Source: Eledone cirrhosa
Taxonomy: Eukaryota
NCBI GenBank assembly: GCA_964016885.1
Contig: OZ024740.1
Location: 361,460,001 to 361,524,000, forward strand
DNA: 64,000 nucleotides
Direction of reading: 5' to 3'
Shown here: piece after piece, positions 1-46,784 of the stretch
Numbering within the stretch: the first letter of the stretch is position 1
Layout: every line of letters starts with the position of its first letter
Notes under the pieces: generated by a model
Seen by the model: only the letters and a program-made list of their open reading frames with translations
Databases searched by the model: none
Told to the model about the DNA's origin: nothing
Program-made: the position numbers and the translations under genes

Positions 1-1908
1 CTTTATGATCTGAGTTCAAATCCCACCGAGGTTAACTTTGCCTTTCATCCTTACGAGGTCGATAAAATAAAACACCAGTAATACACTGGGATAATTGCTG
101 GCCTTGTGCCAAATGTAGAAACAATTATTATATCCTATACCCATTATTCCATCCAGATTTTGCGGGCAAAACCAACCTGCAGGAGACCCAGGGATAGACC
201 CCGAACAAGATGGTTGGATAACACACATGAGCTTGGCTGGTCTCGCTTGGGGATCCAGCCGGGTCAGTTGGAGACGGTTGCTTCTGAAAGGACCAGCTCG
301 AAGGAGTGTTTGAGGACTCTTCTTCCACGAAACTCTCAGGATAAGTGGGCGAAGAAGAAGAAGAAGAAATACCTATTATTCTATCTATCTTTCTATCCAA
401 CTATTGTCCCCCTGAACTTCTGATGGAGTCACATTGGTTCCACCGTGATATATGTCGTGGATATTCTAAAACCTAAGCTATACCGTCAAACCAAGAGAGT
501 AGAGTTTGCTGTGCAAGGTGGATTGGCTGATACAGCGGGTATCGCTGGCTCTTCTCCGCTGCAATGATTTCGCTATCTTGTCCATGTGGCGCAGCTGAGA
601 TCTACCATCCAGCCAAGGGGGTAACATTTTCTTTCTCCATCTCCAACTTTTCTTTTCCCCTTCTTTTTCTTTCTGTTTCTTTTGTTCCCTCTTTTGTTTT
701 GCCAATTATGATACTTACGGGGTCGATAAAATAAAGTACCAGTAATGCACTGGGTAATTGCTGGCCTTGTGCTTAAAGTAGAAACAATTATGATACTGTA
801 ATTAATATCTTAACATGCCGGACTGGAAAGATTCATTGATAGATTCATTTCTTCGAGAAATGAAATAAGAAGCGACAAGTCAAATGAAAGGAATATGACA
901 AACGTTTTTTTTTTTATTTTTTAATTTTTTTTATTAATAATAATATTTCAAAAATACCTTGTAGTTTTTTTCTTTTTTTTTTTTTTCCCTCTATTTGCAT
1001 TTCAGTTGGTAGAATAATAGTTAACTGAAAATATCTAATATTTATAACTATTTTCTTTAGTTTCAATTCTTCGTGCATTTGAGGCGGCGAATTGGCAGAG
1101 TTGTTAGAACGTTGGAAAGAATTCTCTGCGTTTATCTCGCCGAGGTCAACTTTGTCTTTCGAGGTCGATAAATAAAGTACCAGTCCAGTACCGGGGTTGA
1201 TCCTTCTCACTCTCACTTTCTCTCTCACTTTCTCTCCTCTTTCTCTGGAAATATTCGGCTGTGCTGAGACTTGGAAAGGGATGGACTCCACCTAGTTTAA
1301 AATGTCCACGACACGCCGTGTATCACGACGGCGCCCATACGACTGCTTCGTGAGATAAAAAAAGAATCATGTATTCAAACATGAATGATTTCAAGTCTCT
1401 TGGGAAATTTATGTTAATTTTAGCTTTAAAACGTTGCTGTTACGTTTTCTTTCTTTTTCCCTTTTTTTAAATTTTCATATTTCGTTGACACTCTTCAAAC
1501 ACGGGTTGTAGACAAGGACAGTATCATTAGGGTGTACAACGAAGTGTTTCATGGAATTTCATCCAACTCTTTACGTTCTGGGTTCAAATCCCGCCTTTTG
1601 TCCTTCCAGATTTAATAAAATAAACTACCAGTTAAGTACTGGGGTCGATGTAATTAATTTTCCCCACCCCACAAATTGCTGGATTTGAACCTAAATTAGA
1701 AATCATTATATAAGGAAGACAGAAATGAGTGATTTATGAAAATGAAGTGTAGTTTGTATATGATATTGTAGTTGTATATGATAATGTAGATTTTTTTGTG
1801 TCTTTTCGACTCTTTCGAACAATGGCCATACTTTCTGGACTGTTTAAGAAAATTCTTGTTCACTATTTTAACGGATGCTTCCAACATATCAAACAACAGG
1901 TTGTGACA

Positions 1909-34101
<32,193 letters not shown>

Positions 34102-35182
34102 TTTTGGTAAGACTGCGTTCTCTTCGCAAGAAGATAGCTGAAGGAAAGAAAGAAAGGAAGAAATGAGACGAAAGGAAGCGAAAGAAAAAGCAAAACAAAA
34201 CAAAAAACAAACAAACAAAGAAGCATAAATATATTAATGAATAAAATAAAAAGTTTGTCTCTTTAATGAAAATTCACAGACCAATGAAAGTTGAGCAAAG
34301 GACAATCCGTGAGATAATTAAGTTGATATGTTTTTTTCTTCCTTTTATCTTGTGATATGATATATATCCCCCCTCTTTCTCTCTCTCTTTCCCTCACTAT
34401 CTGTTTCTCTATCTCATTCTCTCTAACCCTGACTCTGATTTCTTTTTCTCCCCCTATCTCTCTTACACACCTATATTTATACATACTCCTATGATTACAC
34501 ATTAAAACGCCTCACATACACGCACACATACACATACATATACACATGCACACACTCACACCTATTTTATTGAAATGGCTTACATTTTTTTAACAGGATA
34601 TCTTACTTTCTTCTTCTTGCTTTTTTTCTTCCTTTCTTTTTTCTTTCGCTTTTTTCTTCTTTGTTCATTCATGTCTCGTGTCACGTGACGTACCAAACCT
34701 TTTCCCTGACAAAATTCTACGGCCAGAATTCTCTCACCTCTTTCTGTTCAAACCAGTCATAACTGGCTGCTCATACTGATGTTAAGGTATTGTTCTCAAA
34801 ATAAATGACATCAAAATCTCGTAGATTTGATATTACATAGATAATTATGTAAAATAAAGCCTTTACCACAAAAATACAGTAGTAAATATAGAATGATGTA
34901 AATGCTAAAGGGTTAACTTAATTGCTATAGATTAATGTTTTGTCTCTTGTCTCCTACTCCACTGGACAGCGTTTGGCTTATGTGACCCCGGGTGGACCAG
35001 TAGTACTGTAGGTAAGGGTCTAAACTGCCAAAGTCCATCTCAACGGCTGATGACCATAGAGTTCAGTGTCCCTCGTTTGTATTTTTATTTTTTAAAAACA
35101 ATTTTAAAAGATTTTCCCTTAAAAAAATGTTTTGCGCTTTGTTTTGTTTTCATTCGTTGTCTTGTCCTCTTTTGTTAATTTT

Positions 35183-35221
<39 letters not shown>

Positions 35222-36480
35222 TTATAGGAGCCCACTTGAATATATATCTATTGATGGTATACAAGCTCCTACATAAATTGGTATAATTTCACCCAAATTG
35301 TAGGAATCCTATAATGAAACGAGACGTCCGTCTGGGAAGAGATATATTAGATATGTCTCATTTGAAATAATACAGCCAATTTTCCACGCAATACTTTTAG
35401 TTAGCACCCCGAACACATAATTGGAAATATAACCACTTATTTCCTAATGTTTGTTGAGTGAGTTGGAATTTGGCCGGAGTATCGCTAAAAAGCTTTCTCC
35501 GATATTGTATTTATATATATATATAGTCCTGTAGAAGCCATTTCTATATTAAACATATATATATATATATAAAACAAAGAAAGTGTTGTAAGGAACCAGG
35601 TGGACCATAACGCACCAGAGTACTCGATACTTAGGGTAGTAGAGTGGGTAATAGGAAAAAAGAGTCAGGACCCCGACGGCTGAGCTCCGGCCGTTTCGAC
35701 AGCCGTCCTAATACTGCTGTGTTAGTTCGGATCTAGCTGTCGAAACGGTCGGAGCTCAGCCGTCGGGGTTCTGACTCTTTTCCTATATATATATATATAC
35801 ATATATATATATGATTCAGTGGTGGGGAGAGGAAGGGGGGGATAGATGACAGGATAGAGGGGTTAGGGTTGGAGGTCATATAAGTATGGGTGGTGACGGC
35901 AGGCGAGGAGCGGAGAGAGTAGAGTTTGTGGTTTTTTATGGAAGTGAGGAAATTGAAAAGGAGGCGATTGAGGTAAAGGATGAATTGGATAAGGGATTGG
36001 GCGAGGAAAGGGTGGCAAGTAGAAGAGAGATGGAGGTAGGCGTTGGGGGGATCTCGGTCGAAAGAACGGATTTGGACGTGAGTTGATCGAATGGTCGCCC
36101 GCATGAGCTGGCGAGAGGAGAAGGTAAGGATGGGCTCAGTGGTGGGAGCAGAGAAAAGGGTGGGGTGGAACTTGAGACGGAAACCGCGGGGAATGAGGTG
36201 GTGGTGGAGACAGCAACTTAAAAAGGTAATGTGACTGTTGTATTTTGTTTTGGTGAAGATGTGGTCGGAGAGATGCAGGGAATATATATATAGGAAAAAG
36301 TATGACCCCGACGGCAGAGCTCAAGCCGTTTCGACGGCTATTTCTGAACTAGAAATAGCTGTCGAAACGGCTTGAGCTCTGCCGTCGGGGTCATACTTTT
36401 TCCTATTTCCCACTCTACTACCCTAAGTATTGAGTACTCTGGTGCGTTATGGTCCATCTGGTTCCTTACCACAATTCCTT

Positions 36481-36512
<32 letters not shown>

Positions 36513-37508
36513 GTTTAATATAGAAATGGCTTCTACAGGACTAGAACTGTTTCACTCGAAGGAAATCACCAGGAGAGCTGACTGTCAATGTGATATGGTA
36601 TTTCTACATTTTCTGGTGGTAGGGGAGGATGGTGATTGGGATGGGTAGAGGTCATTGGTCGATGGATTTAAAGACTAAGGGCGGTGGAATATTATTATTA
36701 ATATTCGAAAAGCTCAGATTACATTTATTGTATTCAGCCATGTAGAGCGAAAAATCCTTTTTTTATTTGAATATGGCAAAGCCGGTCATTCATCGCTCGT
36801 ATACAGGAAACTGACTGGCCAGTCTGCTGATATGCAAATCTGACTGATGGATCTGCTAATATGCAGATTTGACTGATCAGCCAGTCTGCTAATATACAAA
36901 TCTGGCCGATCAGTCACTGTATAATTTCGAAAATAGCATATATTTTCACTAGCTCTGAGAGTTGGCAGGTGAACAGTGAGCTGTACTGATGAAGGGCGAT
37001 ACCCAGAAACATTAGTGTCTGCAGTTATGTTTACATGCCAACATGAGAGCAAGAATGAGGGGCTCATTCTACTGACATGGCTTTAAAAATGAGACTTGTT
37101 TGCATAATTGCAAACGAATCGAAAATTATTATTAATATTCGAAAAGCTCAGATTACATTTATTATATATATACATATATAATAAAAAAAATTTAGCTCTA
37201 CATGGCTGAATAAAATAAATGTAATCTGAGTTTTCGAATATTAATAATAATATTCTATTCGTTTGCAATTATGCAAAGAAGCCTCATTTTTAAAGCCATG
37301 TCAGTAGAATGAGCCCCTCATTCTTGTTCTTGTGTTGGCATGTAAACAGAACTGCAGACACTAATGTTTCTGGGTATTACCTTCATCAGTACAGTTCACT
37401 GTTCACCTGCCAACTGTCAGAGCTAGGGACAATATATGATATTTTCTAAAATATACAGTGACTGATCGGTCCGATTTGCATATTAGCAGACTGGCTGATC
37501 AGCCAGAT

Positions 37509-37580
<72 letters not shown>

Positions 37581-38044
37581 TAGATAAAATAAAGTACCAG
37601 TAACACACCGCGGTCGATTTAATTGACTTTCTCCGCCACCAAAATTGTTAACCTTGTGCCTAAATCAGAAACCATTATAATATAGATTGTAAAACAAAAC
37701 AAAACAATTTTTTCTGCAAAAATTTCTCGACATTCATTTCACACAGTTCTTAAGAAAACCCACTGTACTAATAGGAAATGGGAGAGGGAGAGAAGGGGGA
37801 GAGAAGAGGGAGAGAGGGGGAGGGAGAGAGATGTAGGAGGGAGGGAGAGAGAGGGAGAGAGAGAGAGAGAGAGAAAGAGGATATATATATATATTTAGGT
37901 TTGTTGATAGAACTGGTCATTCCGGATGGTAAACCTTGAGGGCGGTTGACGGGGCTGGTAGCTGCTAAAATGGTCGGCCGCCCTCATGTCTCTGATTTTC
38001 AGCACAATGGATTTTGTCTATTATATTCCTTTGTTATATTTCGA

Positions 38045-38102
38045 ATACCTGATGATGTCACCGGATTCATACTGAACCCAGTCATTGAAATGATCATAGT
38101 AT
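38045..38102 (+). ncRNA. Minimal hammerhead ribozyme
   Basis: AUAC-CUGAUGA-(31 nt hairpin)-GAAA-UGAUCA-UA-GUAU, with palindromic stem III. Confidence 0.6.
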
Positions 38103-38156
38103 AATAAACCTTTTAAGGAATTACACCAGTCCAGCCTCCTGTTATTTTATAATATA

Positions 38157-38189
<33 letters not shown>

Positions 38190-38235
38190 TTCTGGCAATA
38201 TTATAACAATATGATCCTCCCCAAATATAACAATA

Positions 38236-41200
38236 TCTCTCTATATATAAAACGGTAGATGTCTGTCTGTGTGTGTGTTGATTTTTATGCATTTCCACAT
38301 TTCTCTACCGATTTTGATGATTTTTTTTCCAATGTGCTCCAAATTTACCAGGGCAGTTCAACGTGTAATTACTTTTGCCAAAAGTTTCCTGCTTCTATGA
38401 AAAAAAATCGATAAAACTAAATACATGCTATAACCCTCTCTCTTACACGCTTCATTCCTCTCACTACCCTCAATCTCCTCCGCAACTCTCTTTAAAAGGT
38501 TACTACCTCCGTCTCTGAAGGAACGCGACACAAACTTTGATAACCCTCTCTCTTACACGCTTCATTCCTCTCACTACCCCCAATCTCTTCTGCAACCCTC
38601 TTTAAAAGGTTACTGCCTCCGTCTTCATTACAGTTTAGAACAACAACAAATCTTCTCTCTCTATAATAGATAATTCACCCTCTTCGTTCGTCATACATCA
38701 ATATCAAAATTTAAAAAGCCGATAACACTAAATACTTACTGCTCTCTCAACGTTACATTTTACATCAAATAACAATTCAAAAGCAACAGATGAATTTATA
38801 AAACAATAAACGTAACAATAACGACGCTTAAGCGTTCATTTACTTGAATCTCAACAAAGACATTATATTTTATTGTTGTCCTTTTTGTAATTTTTCTTTC
38901 TTTGTTTTTCTCAATATGAGACAAAAAATTAATGAGAAAACTTTTTTAACGAACGTCTGATTTCGATGATTTATTTTTCAGTGTGTTCCAAAATAACGCT
39001 CTTGTTTTCGCTCTTTTGTGCTATAACTCAGACAGGCTTGGCTTACAGGTTTGACCTATTATTTGACGTGCATTCTTCATAGATCTTACTTAGTACTCAT
39101 TTTCCACTTACTCACCGTTCAATTGAAAGTTTTGGCTACTCTCCCTTTCATGCTCCATTACCTGCATAAATATTTACGTGTTCGGTCCTGCTACAATATA
39201 GTACGCACTTTAAACTAATTCAAAGTTCATTTGAAAATTTTCACTACGTTTACGGTCATGCCACCCCCCAAAAGACCACGACTTAGTCGCCAAACTAAAG
39301 CTGCTTCTGCTGCCAAACGAAGAAGAGCTACAGAGTTGTCCGTAGAAAAATTGACTCGGTTGTCACAAAATGCAACTCGAAATGCAATTACCCGGGCAAC
39401 CGAGACAGAAAAAAAGAGGAGCATCCGCCTTTCCGGAAATGCATTTGTAACTGCAGCGCAAACTGATGAACAACATTCTCGACGACGAAGCAAAAATGCG
39501 GCCTCCACCGCTGCAGCACGTGACGGTGAGGACGAAGAACACCGTTACAGTCGACGACGAAGAGATGCCGCCTCAACTGCTGCGTCACGTGCTGCCGAGG
39601 ACGAAGGGCAGCGTTCCAGACGTCAACGTACGGATGCCGCTTCAACAGCTTCCGTTCGCGCATCAGAGACTGCGCAAATTCAATTACAAAGGCTAAACGC
39701 CAACGCACTCCGCAGGAGTGCTAAACGAGGTATACAGAGGATCAGTTGCACTCAGTAGTCTCATAAGGCTTTCCACTATGACCCAACAGTAAACTATGCA
39801 CTGATGCCAGAAGTTCAGATTGGATCCATGTCTGTCATTTGCCAATATTGTCGGGCAAAAAAATGGCCTGGGGAGACTTCAGGGATGTAATGCTCTGACG
39901 GCAAAGTGAAATTGCCTCCTCTACAGGAACCACCACAACCTTTGAAGTCTCTACTGACCGGTGCCACAGCGGAGTCGGAACACTTCCTTCGATGTTCCAG
40001 GAGATACAACGCTGCCTTCCAAATGACCTCTTTCGGAGCTAACATCGTACGAGAGGACGGCTGCATGCCTACCTTTAAAGTTCAAGGACAAATTTACCAC
40101 AGAATCGGTTCGCTACTGCCCACGACAGACGGACAGCCCCAGTTCCTACAGCTATACTTTGTCACTGAATATTTGGACCAAGGGGAACGACGCGCTTCAA
40201 TTTCGCCTGGTACAGGCATGAAAATTCTGTTGCAACTCGAGAGAATGCTGCACGAAAACAACTACATTCGCAGTTTTAAATGCGCTTTGGAGGCTGCTCC
40301 GTTGCCAAATTTTGCTGTTATAATCGACGCTGACAGGAAACCACCAGGCACCCACGCCAGACGTTTTAACGCTCCCACGTGCAATGAAATAGCTGTGCTT
40401 CTTCACGGAGAACAGTACAACAAGCGGGACATCATACTTCAGTGTAGAGACAATAGTCTGCAACGGATCAGCGAGACGCATAGGTCCTACGACGCATTCC
40501 AATATCCCCTACTTTTCCCATTCGGTGACGACGGATACCACTTTGGAATTCCTTTGTGCAACAGCAACAAAACTGTTTCCTCTATGCAATTCTACACCTA
40601 CCGATTCATGGTCCGTGAATGCTGCTTTAACCAACTCCACCGTGCAAGAGTACTCTTCAACCAGCTTGCTGTAGACGCGTGCGCAAAGATGGAATCTGAA
40701 AGGCTGTGCTACATAAGGAACAATCAAGCACGCCTTCGTTCGGACAGCTACATTCACTTACGGGATGGAGTAAGGAATGACGTCGATCCCGAGAACCTTG
40801 GAAAATATTGTATCCTTCCGTCGACCTTCATCGGGAGTCCCCGATACATGAGTGAACGCACACAGGATGCTATGACGTACGTGCGTCTCTACGGCAGACC
40901 GGATCTCTTCATCACTTCAACATGCAACCCTAAGTGGAATGAAATTACGGCGGAATTATTCCCCGGACAAAGGGCGTCAGACAAACACGATCTTACGGCA
41001 CGAGTCTTTCACTTGAAGTTGACAAAACTTATTGAACTCCTAAAATCAGGTAAGGCCTTTGGACCTGTTAGGTGCTACGTATACACCGTTGAGTGGCAAA
41101 AGAGAGGCCTGCCACACGCTCACCTACTCATTTGGCTGATAACGAAAATCAACGCAAGCAACATTGACAGCATCATTTCAGCAGAAATACCCGACCCAAA

Positions 41201-44024
41201 ATTGGACAGAGAACTCCACAACATCGTCACGGCTCACATGGTTCATGGGCCATGCGGAAACGGTTTCAACATAAATTCTCCATGCATTAAAGAAAGAAGG
41301 TGCACCAAGAGGTATCCTAGGCCATTCCTCCGAGAAACTCGGACAGGTGGCGACGGTTATCCATTATACCGCCACAGAGAGCCAGCGGACGGAGGAATTG
41401 TTGCTAAAACACCACATCACAACGTCGACAACCGGTGGATTGTACCCTACTGCCCACTTCTGCTTAAATTGTTTAACGCCCACATTAACGTTGAATACTG
41501 CCACTCCGTCAAATCGATAAAGTACGTCTGCAAGTATATCAATAAGGGGTCCGATGCTGCGTCCTTTGGTCTTACAATGGAGAACAACCGAGACGAAGTA
41601 ACTCGATACCAGGTCGGCCGATGCATCAGCAACAATGAAGCATTCTGGCGATTCTTCCACTTTGTAATACACCATAACTAACTACCCCCCCCCCCAATCA
41701 AACAGTTGGCGGTGCACCTTGAAAACGGTCAAAGAGTCTACTTCACCGCCTCCACCGCTGCTGAGATAGCAGAGGAACCCAAGGACACCACACTTACGGC
41801 ATTTTTTAAGTTATGCCGAAACGATCCCTTCGCCAAGACCATCTTCTACTCTCAGGTGCCATCATACTACACATGGAACACAGACAACAGAATTTGGTTA
41901 AGAAGGGTGAAAGGACAACCCGTCGAGGGACATCCAGACATTAAAATGTCCTCTACCCTTGGGAGAGTGTACACCATTCATCCTAACAAACAGGAATGCT
42001 TTTATCTCCGCCTTCTACTGCATGAGATGGTAGGACCGACATCTTTCAACGATCTGAAAACAATCAACGGAGAGCTTTGTACTTCATTCCGCGCAGCCTG
42101 CCTTAGACGGGGTCTACTGGAAGATGGCGCTCAGTGGGATGCGACATTGGCGGAGGCAGCTACAATACGCTAAGCGCGAACTCTTCGGCAACTCTTTGCG
42201 GTGCTACTGCAGACATGCGAGTTAAGTGACCCTGCATCCTTATGGGACAAATACAAAGAGGACCTTTCTGATGACTACATACACCAAGGACAACTGCTAC
42301 TCCCTCATTCTGACGTACGACTCAGCGACGAATTCTTCAACAAAGCTCTCATTGACATCGAGGACAAAATCCTAACTGCCGGCGGAAATGACCTTCCATT
42401 CTATGGACTGCCAAAAGTTCAGCGAACGGGCTCCGACAAACTTCCGACGGGCATAATTCAGGAAACTGCCTACGACGTCCACGCCCTCGAACTGTTCATC
42501 AACGAAAACGAGCCGAAATTGTTGCAGGACCAACGGCAAGCGTATGACACAGTTTGCACTTCCATTCGTCAACGCAGAAGAGGTATCTTCTTTTTGGACG
42601 CCCCAGGAGGAACTGGTAAAACATTCGTCAATAAACTCCTCCTCGCCAAAGTGCGACAGCAGAAAGGAATCGCCCTGGCTGTGGCTTCTTCTGGCATTGC
42701 CGCAACTCTGCTGCCCGGAGGTAGGACAGCTCATTCCGCATTTAAACTGCCATTCAACACGACTTCAGACGACACAATAACCTGCAACATCACCAAGGAC
42801 TCTGACAAAGCAGAAGTCTTGAAAAGATGCCACCTAATTGTGTGGGACGAATGCACAATGGCCCATAAAGGGTCCCTTGAGGCGTTAGACAGGACTCTAC
42901 GAGACATCAGGGAATACAACCGGCCGATGGGAGGAGTACCTCTACTGCTGTCTGGCGATTTTCGACAAACTCTTCCAGCTGTGGGGGCTTGCATTAAGTC
43001 ATCTCCCTGTGGCAGGAAGTGACAATCCTGACCCTCACAACAAACATGAGAGCCCAACTGCTCAGCGACCACTCAGCAGCCGACTTCTCAAAGGACCTCT
43101 TAACAGTTGGTGACGGCACTGCACCTTCAGATGCAGCTGGAGAAATGGCAGTCTCGCAAGTAGGCACCGTTGTCGACACTGTTGACGACCTCACAGCTTC
43201 TGTCTTTCCCGATATGGCCACCAACTACAAAAACACGAGTTGGCTATGCGATAGAGCCATATTGGCTCCAAAAAATGTCTCAGTTGCAAAAATCAATGAG
43301 GACCTTCTGCAACGCATTCCTGGAAACCTCCGTACCTACAAATCTGTGGACAAAGTTGAGGTTGACGATTTTCCAACAGAATTCCTCAATTCCTTGGACC
43401 TCTCTGGACCGCCACCTCATGAACTGCGCGTCAAAGTTGGAACTCCAGTCATGCTGTTGAGGAACCTGGAACCACCGCGTCTCTGCAATGGAACACGGTT
43501 AGTGGTAAGAAACCTCCTGCCGCATGTAATTGAAGCCACAATTCTCACGGGCTGCGGCGCTGGGGAAAATGTCTTCATACCCAGAATACCATTAACTCCA
43601 TCAGGTACGGAATGCCCCTGTACTCTGCGCCGACTTCAATTCCCCGCTAAACTTTGCTTCACGATGTCAATAAACAAGTCCCAAGGCCAAACGCTATCAA
43701 CGGCAGGCCTGCATTTAGCCCAGCCGTGCTTCTCACACGGCCAATTATACGTCGCATGCTCAAGAGTGGGATGCAAGCAGAACTTATTCATACTTGCGCC
43801 CAAAGGCAGAACAAAAAATGTGGTCTACATAGAGGTGTTGTGACTCCTCTATTCAGCACCATTGCAGTCTTGCCGGTCTGACATATAGTGAGTAGATGCT
43901 ATTGTTGTATATTTTCAAACTTACCCGTATTTACTTTCAATGCCTCAATATTCATAATTGAGTGGAATCATTAAAAGTACTTTAAAGCAATTAAACTCCG
44001 AGCAACGCCGGGCACTTCTGCTAG
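38236..44024 (+). mobile_element. Full-length Helitron (rolling-circle transposon), about 5.8 kb, coding region disabled
   Basis: A|TC 5' end, a 3' GC hairpin (ccgagcaacgccggg) followed by CTAG|T, and an internal Rep-Helicase region. Confidence 0.93.
39258..43843 (+). pseudogene. Helitron Rep-Hel (HUH endonuclease + Pif1 helicase), broken into several ORFs
   Basis: Motifs YTVEWQKRGLPHAHLL, YVCKYINK, DAPGGTGKT, IVWDE, GDFRQ, MSINKSQGQT and HGQLYVACSRV. Stops near 39756, 39888, 41679 and 42171; frameshifts near the C-run at ~41685 and at ~43000. Confidence 0.92.
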
Positions 44025-44461
44025 TATATATATAAAAATGAAAGTGTCTGTCTGTATGCAGTCGATGCATTTCCACAATTTCCATTTAATTTTGTTCAAA
44101 TTTGATACATAAGTTATTTAGCCCCCGGAGCATGTCAACGTATAGTTTAAATCTTGCTCTCCCTTAAAATAGCAGAGTTCTGGGGCTATTTAAAGATGGT
44201 CATATTGAGGAGAGAGGTGGGTCTTTATTTACAGTGGCGAAAGGTGTGCCCGGCAACGACGAGCTCTTTTTATAGTATATAATAACTGATAACTTTGATA
44301 GGTTTCGGCCAGTATGTTTTCTGAACATTTTATAGTGCAACGAGCTAAACTAATCACTACACCTAGATTGACTAAATTTGGCCTCCCTCCCCAATTCAGA
44401 AATGCTTCCACTGCCCCTGTGTATATATATATATATATACATACACATAAATGTATATATG

Positions 44462-44539
<78 letters not shown>

Positions 44540-44544
44540 CATTT

Positions 44545-45600
44545 CGTTTCTGAATTTGTTTAGCAAGATTCTTTATCTGAAAACGTGTGTTGAAACCGAT
44601 ATTGTTATACTCTGGGAGGGTCATGTTGCCAATAAGAAACACACGCACCAGTTGCTTTCACTCCAATTTATTATAAATTAAATTATAAATTAAATTATAA
44701 ATTAAATTATAAATTAAAAAAAAAATTTATAAATTTCCGGTTGGTTCCGCAACCGGACGGTTGTTCATATATTGTCAAAATTCTTTCGTCACACATTCTG
44801 TGACCTCTTCAGTGACTGGGGATTCTTTTTTTTGTTTTGTGCCTCTCCTTTGTTCTGTCCTACGTCATCTTGTTTTTGTGTGTGTTGTGTGCTTAGTTTG
44901 CGCATGTGTTACATCCGGGTGTCTGTGTGTGTTTTTATTTGTTTATTTATTTGTTATTTACATGTTACTGTTTGGTTGTTTGTTCTATGTGTGTGTGTTC
45001 ATTTTGTCCTTAATTGTAAGTTGTGATGTTGCTATTCCATTCATGTTGTCTATTTAATTTTGGTTGGAATTCATTTATGTTTATTGCCTCTGTGATTTGT
45101 CTAAACATTGCGTCTTTTCTGTGTGTAGATTTTATTTTTATTTCTATATTCTCTAATTTGCCCTTATGTTCTATTTTAGCATGTTGGTGGAGTACTGATG
45201 ATTCTTTTCTATCTTGAAGCTCTCGCCAGTGTTCATTTAATAGTTCTCCTATACTACGAGCTGTCTCACCTATGTACACTATATTCTTATATTTTCATTG
45301 TCCTTCAGTACATCTTATGCTATATCCTATGTTTCTAGTTTTATAGTTAATATGGGGGCTTCGTTTACAGATTATGCATTTCTTATCTATACAAGGAGGT
45401 CTTTGATGAAAAGGGTATTTATACTAAATAAGTTCTGAAAGGGTATGTATTAACTAATAAGTACTGAAAGGTATTAATTACTAAAAAGTTACTTTATCAT
45501 ATTCCATATTATTGCTCTCATTATGTTCTCGATCTTCATACTCTATGATTACTCTCTGATTGTACCAGAGAACTGCATCGTTGATGAAGTGTAGTTCTCT
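44545..45600 (-). mobile_element. Penelope-like element 3' part: GIY-YIG endonuclease + pseudo-LTR with hammerhead
   Basis: YIGETARSIGELLNEH...RQITEAINI...LN in ORF 45010-45279, followed by an HHR motif at 44774-44816. Confidence 0.85.
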
Positions 45601-45956
45601 CTAGTTTCTTTGACACGTTCTCCTCACCCTACCTGACAGAAATAGCCGTCCGAACGCTTGAGCTCTGCAGCTGCCGTCGGGTCTTAACAATTTCCTATAC
45701 CCACTCTACTACCCTAAGTATTGAGTACTCTGTGCGTAATGGTCCACTTGGTCCTTACCACACTACCTCGTTATTATAATATATATATATATATAGAGTG
45801 TGTGCTGTGTGTGTGTTGCGTGCGTGTGTGCTTATATACATAGATATGTCATTAACAATTAACAGCATGACCAAAGAAACCTTGATCGTTATGTCTAGTA
45901 ACTCGAGAATTTATTGCATATCCGGTTTAACTCACTTCTCTCTCTCTCTCTCTCTC

Positions 45957-45990
<34 letters not shown>

Positions 45991-46679
45991 ATATATATAT
46001 ATATAAGGCCTTCATATTGGGGTCGACTAGAAAAACTCGAACTTTATCACTTCCAACTCCTCCGTGAGCACTACATTATCTGCATGATTGAGAAATACAC
46101 ACATCACATTGCCCAAATGAAATATATATAATAAAACATATATATTGATTATGTGAACGTCATTTATTAATATTTGAATAATATATATATATAGGAAACT
46201 GTGTGACTCCGACGGCAGAGCTCAAGCCGTTTCGACTGAGTATTGAGTACTCTGGTGCGTTATGGTCCATCTGGTTCCTTACCACACCTCCTTCGTTATA
46301 TATATATATATATATATAAAATTAAAGTCGATTGATATATATGTATATAAAATAAACAAATCAAACAAATACATGGATAATTTGTAGAGTGTAACCACAC
46401 CTAGTTTCTTCAATAGAATATATAGAAAAGAGATTAATCATTATTGCAAGGTCTCCATATGCAAGGTTTTCGTTAATATTAATGTTACCCTCCATAACTA
46501 GGGGTGTTCACACTCTTTACAAATTATCCCCCTGTAATTGTTTGATGTGTTTTATTTTATTTTATACATATACTGTATATGTCATTCAACTTTTAATTCA
46601 ATGTTAATAAATGGTCGGATTTATTACTTGGAATCTTTGAGCTTATTCCACAGGTGATATGGCGCATGCTTCCGATATT

Positions 46680-46784
<105 letters not shown>

